Positions 62,127 to 64,000 of a stretch of DNA of 64,000 nucleotides are shown here, piece after piece; the first letter of the stretch is position 1; every line of letters starts with the position of its first letter. A program made the position numbers and the translations under genes. The stretch is taken from contig NW_024704742.1 of the NCBI RefSeq assembly GCF_018977255.1, positions 110,796,001 to 110,860,000 on the forward strand, in the 5' to 3' direction. The notes beneath the pieces are model-generated. The model did no database searches. It had not been told where the DNA came from and worked only from the letters and a program-made list of their open reading frames with translations. The stretch is from Callorhinchus milii. Taxonomy: Eukaryota.

Positions 62127-63215
62127 ACAACAACAACAAAATTACATTTGTAAAGAGCCTTTCACGTTGGGAGGACGTTCCAAGGCGCTGAATAATCAGG
62201 GATCAGGACCAGAGCTTGGGGTGCAGGCTTGGGATGAGGGAGGGCAGAGGGGGGTAGAAGGGCAGCTGAAGGCATGATCAAAAAGGAGGGTCTTGAGTCG
62301 TGCTTTGAAGGAGGCAAGAGAGGGAGCAAGGCAAAAGGATTTTGGGATGGTGTTCCAAAAAGTAGGGGCAGAGAGCCTGAAAGTGCAGCTGCCGATGGTA
62401 GGGCGGGTCGGGCGGGAGACCTGGAACAGGCCTGCTGAACCAAGGGAGCGGACAGGTTTATAGGTGGTCAGCAGGTCAGAGAGGTAGGGGGGAAAGGCCA
62501 TGGAGGGGCCTTGAAAGTTAGGGCAGGGATTTTGAATTCTATCCTCCGAGGGATGGGGAACCAGTGGAGCCGGGCGAGGGTGGGATTGATGGGGTCACAG
62601 AGCCTGGTGCGGTAGAGGACATGAGCTGCAGAGTTCTGGATAATCTGCAGCTTGTGGAAGGATGAGTTGGGAGCCCAACAAGGAGGGAGTTTCCGTAATC
62701 AAATCTCGAGGTGACGAATGCGTGTTTGAAGGTTTCGGCGGCCTGAGGTGTGAGGCAGTGGCGGAGTGGGCAATATTGCGGAGATGGGTGAAGGCAGAGA
62801 AGGTGATGTCACAGATATGGAGGAGAAAGGACAGTTGAGATCAAACAAGGCTTGACGTTGTGGAATCTGCAACCATTGGATGCTGATGCTGCCAGTGTCT
62901 TAGGTGCTAAGGCGCTGGCGCGAGCCAATCAGGAGGGCCTCAGTTTTGCTGATGTTCAGCTGTAGAAAGTTGGCTCTCATTCAGGACTTGATGACAGACA
63001 GACATTCTGTCAGGACAGCAGTGGTCCTGGAATCGAGGGTGGAGGCAGAGAGATAGAGTTGGGTGTCATCCGCATTCATGTGGAATTTAACCTTACGTCT
63101 GCGGATGATGTCACCAAAGGGGAGCATGTAGCGGTTGAAGAGGAGGGGACCGAGGACAGAGCCCTGAGGGACTCAGCACAAGACTGTGCGGGGGCTGGAA
63201 GAGAAACCGTTGGCG
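62127..63215 (-). mobile_element. L2 LINE, 5'-truncated, degraded RT
   Basis: [10 protein letters not shown] at about 63135-63165, ADDTQL at about 63056-63073, SAPTFWNTIP...FKARLKTLLFDHAF, and a (GTT)n tail. Confidence 0.93.
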
Positions 63216-64000
63216 GAAAAGGAAAATACAAAAAAGGAATTACTTCCTTTTTCTTCCTCTTTTTTTCTGTCTTGCAAATGCTTTCCAGCTGCATTGCCTT
63301 CATCCAGTCAAACCATTCTGTGCTTACTTGTTAGTGTCACCATGGCACCCACACTGCTATGATGTATGGATGAAGGATGTTAAGGCAAAGCTATTCCTAT
63401 CTAAGTACTGCCCTCATCACATCAGGTTAAGGACTAAAACTGAGGGGCTGTGGGAACCTAGAGAATCCTTGATTACAAAACTAAGTCCAACTTCTTAAAC
63501 AGGAAGCAGATCTAAACTGGCCCTTTTGTGTACAAGTCAGAAATTCCTGACAATGCCCTTTAACTCTACCCTGCCTGTGCTGTACGTGCTGTTCTGCTTG
63601 ACTGCCATACAGAAACAGCGTCATTGCCCTGGAGCTTGAGGTTCAGCTGTTAATATTTAAACCAGAAGAATGCAACTGGGAAGGGAGGGTGAGGACTTAT
63701 AAAGTCATCTCACCGAGCAGCATCGCAACATATACCTCCAATTACTGTGTAAATGTGGCTAGCTACTGCATGTGGTTACACACTTATAACATTTAAAAGG
63801 AAACAACATTTTAGTATTGAGGTATGTGTGGTACCCTATAAATAATTTGTGCAGTGCCCATACCCACACACATATAACTAGAGTAGTAAGAAGTAAACCA
63901 GGGAATAGATATTCTAATGTCAGACGCCTTTCAGAAAGTCTCCATGGTGGTTTTATTTTATGCATCTTTTATCGCACTGTTCTGCAGTTTTTCTCTGCTC

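Noticed and set aside
63759..63965. 68-aa ORF with a hydrophobic stretch
   Set aside because: No supporting splice signals or recognisable motif, and it lies at the window edge.

Overview
AT-rich, repeat-dense eukaryotic DNA. The repeat repertoire (young L2 and CR1 LINEs, about 25 copies of a tRNA-headed SINE with an L2-type tail, Deu-domain SINEs, LF-SINE-like relics) points to a cartilaginous fish, most plausibly a chimaera; this is inference from recalled repeat families. Host genes supported by the sequence: (i) the last two coding exons of an unidentified + strand gene (1281-1327 and 2919-3109, phase-compatible); (ii) one clean RCC1-repeat coding exon on the - strand (61628-61814), for which I could find no intact downstream exons, only weak motif relics. 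Most listed ORFs over 100 aa are LINE fragments or their antisense shadows. The most notable structures are: a 265-bp hairpin insertion with a 13-bp target-site duplication carrying three Penelope-type hammerhead-ribozyme-like cores (21291-21555); a near-identical head-to-head pair of young L2 copies whose 3' UTRs differ in the copy number of a 46-bp repeat; an L2 insertion with a twin-priming-like 5' inversion; a candidate solo LTR; a Harbinger-like MITE; and several repeat-free, homeodomain-motif-rich blocks that look like conserved enhancers. There is no CRISPR array, rRNA or bona fide tRNA gene, and I found no demonstrably new multi-gene system.
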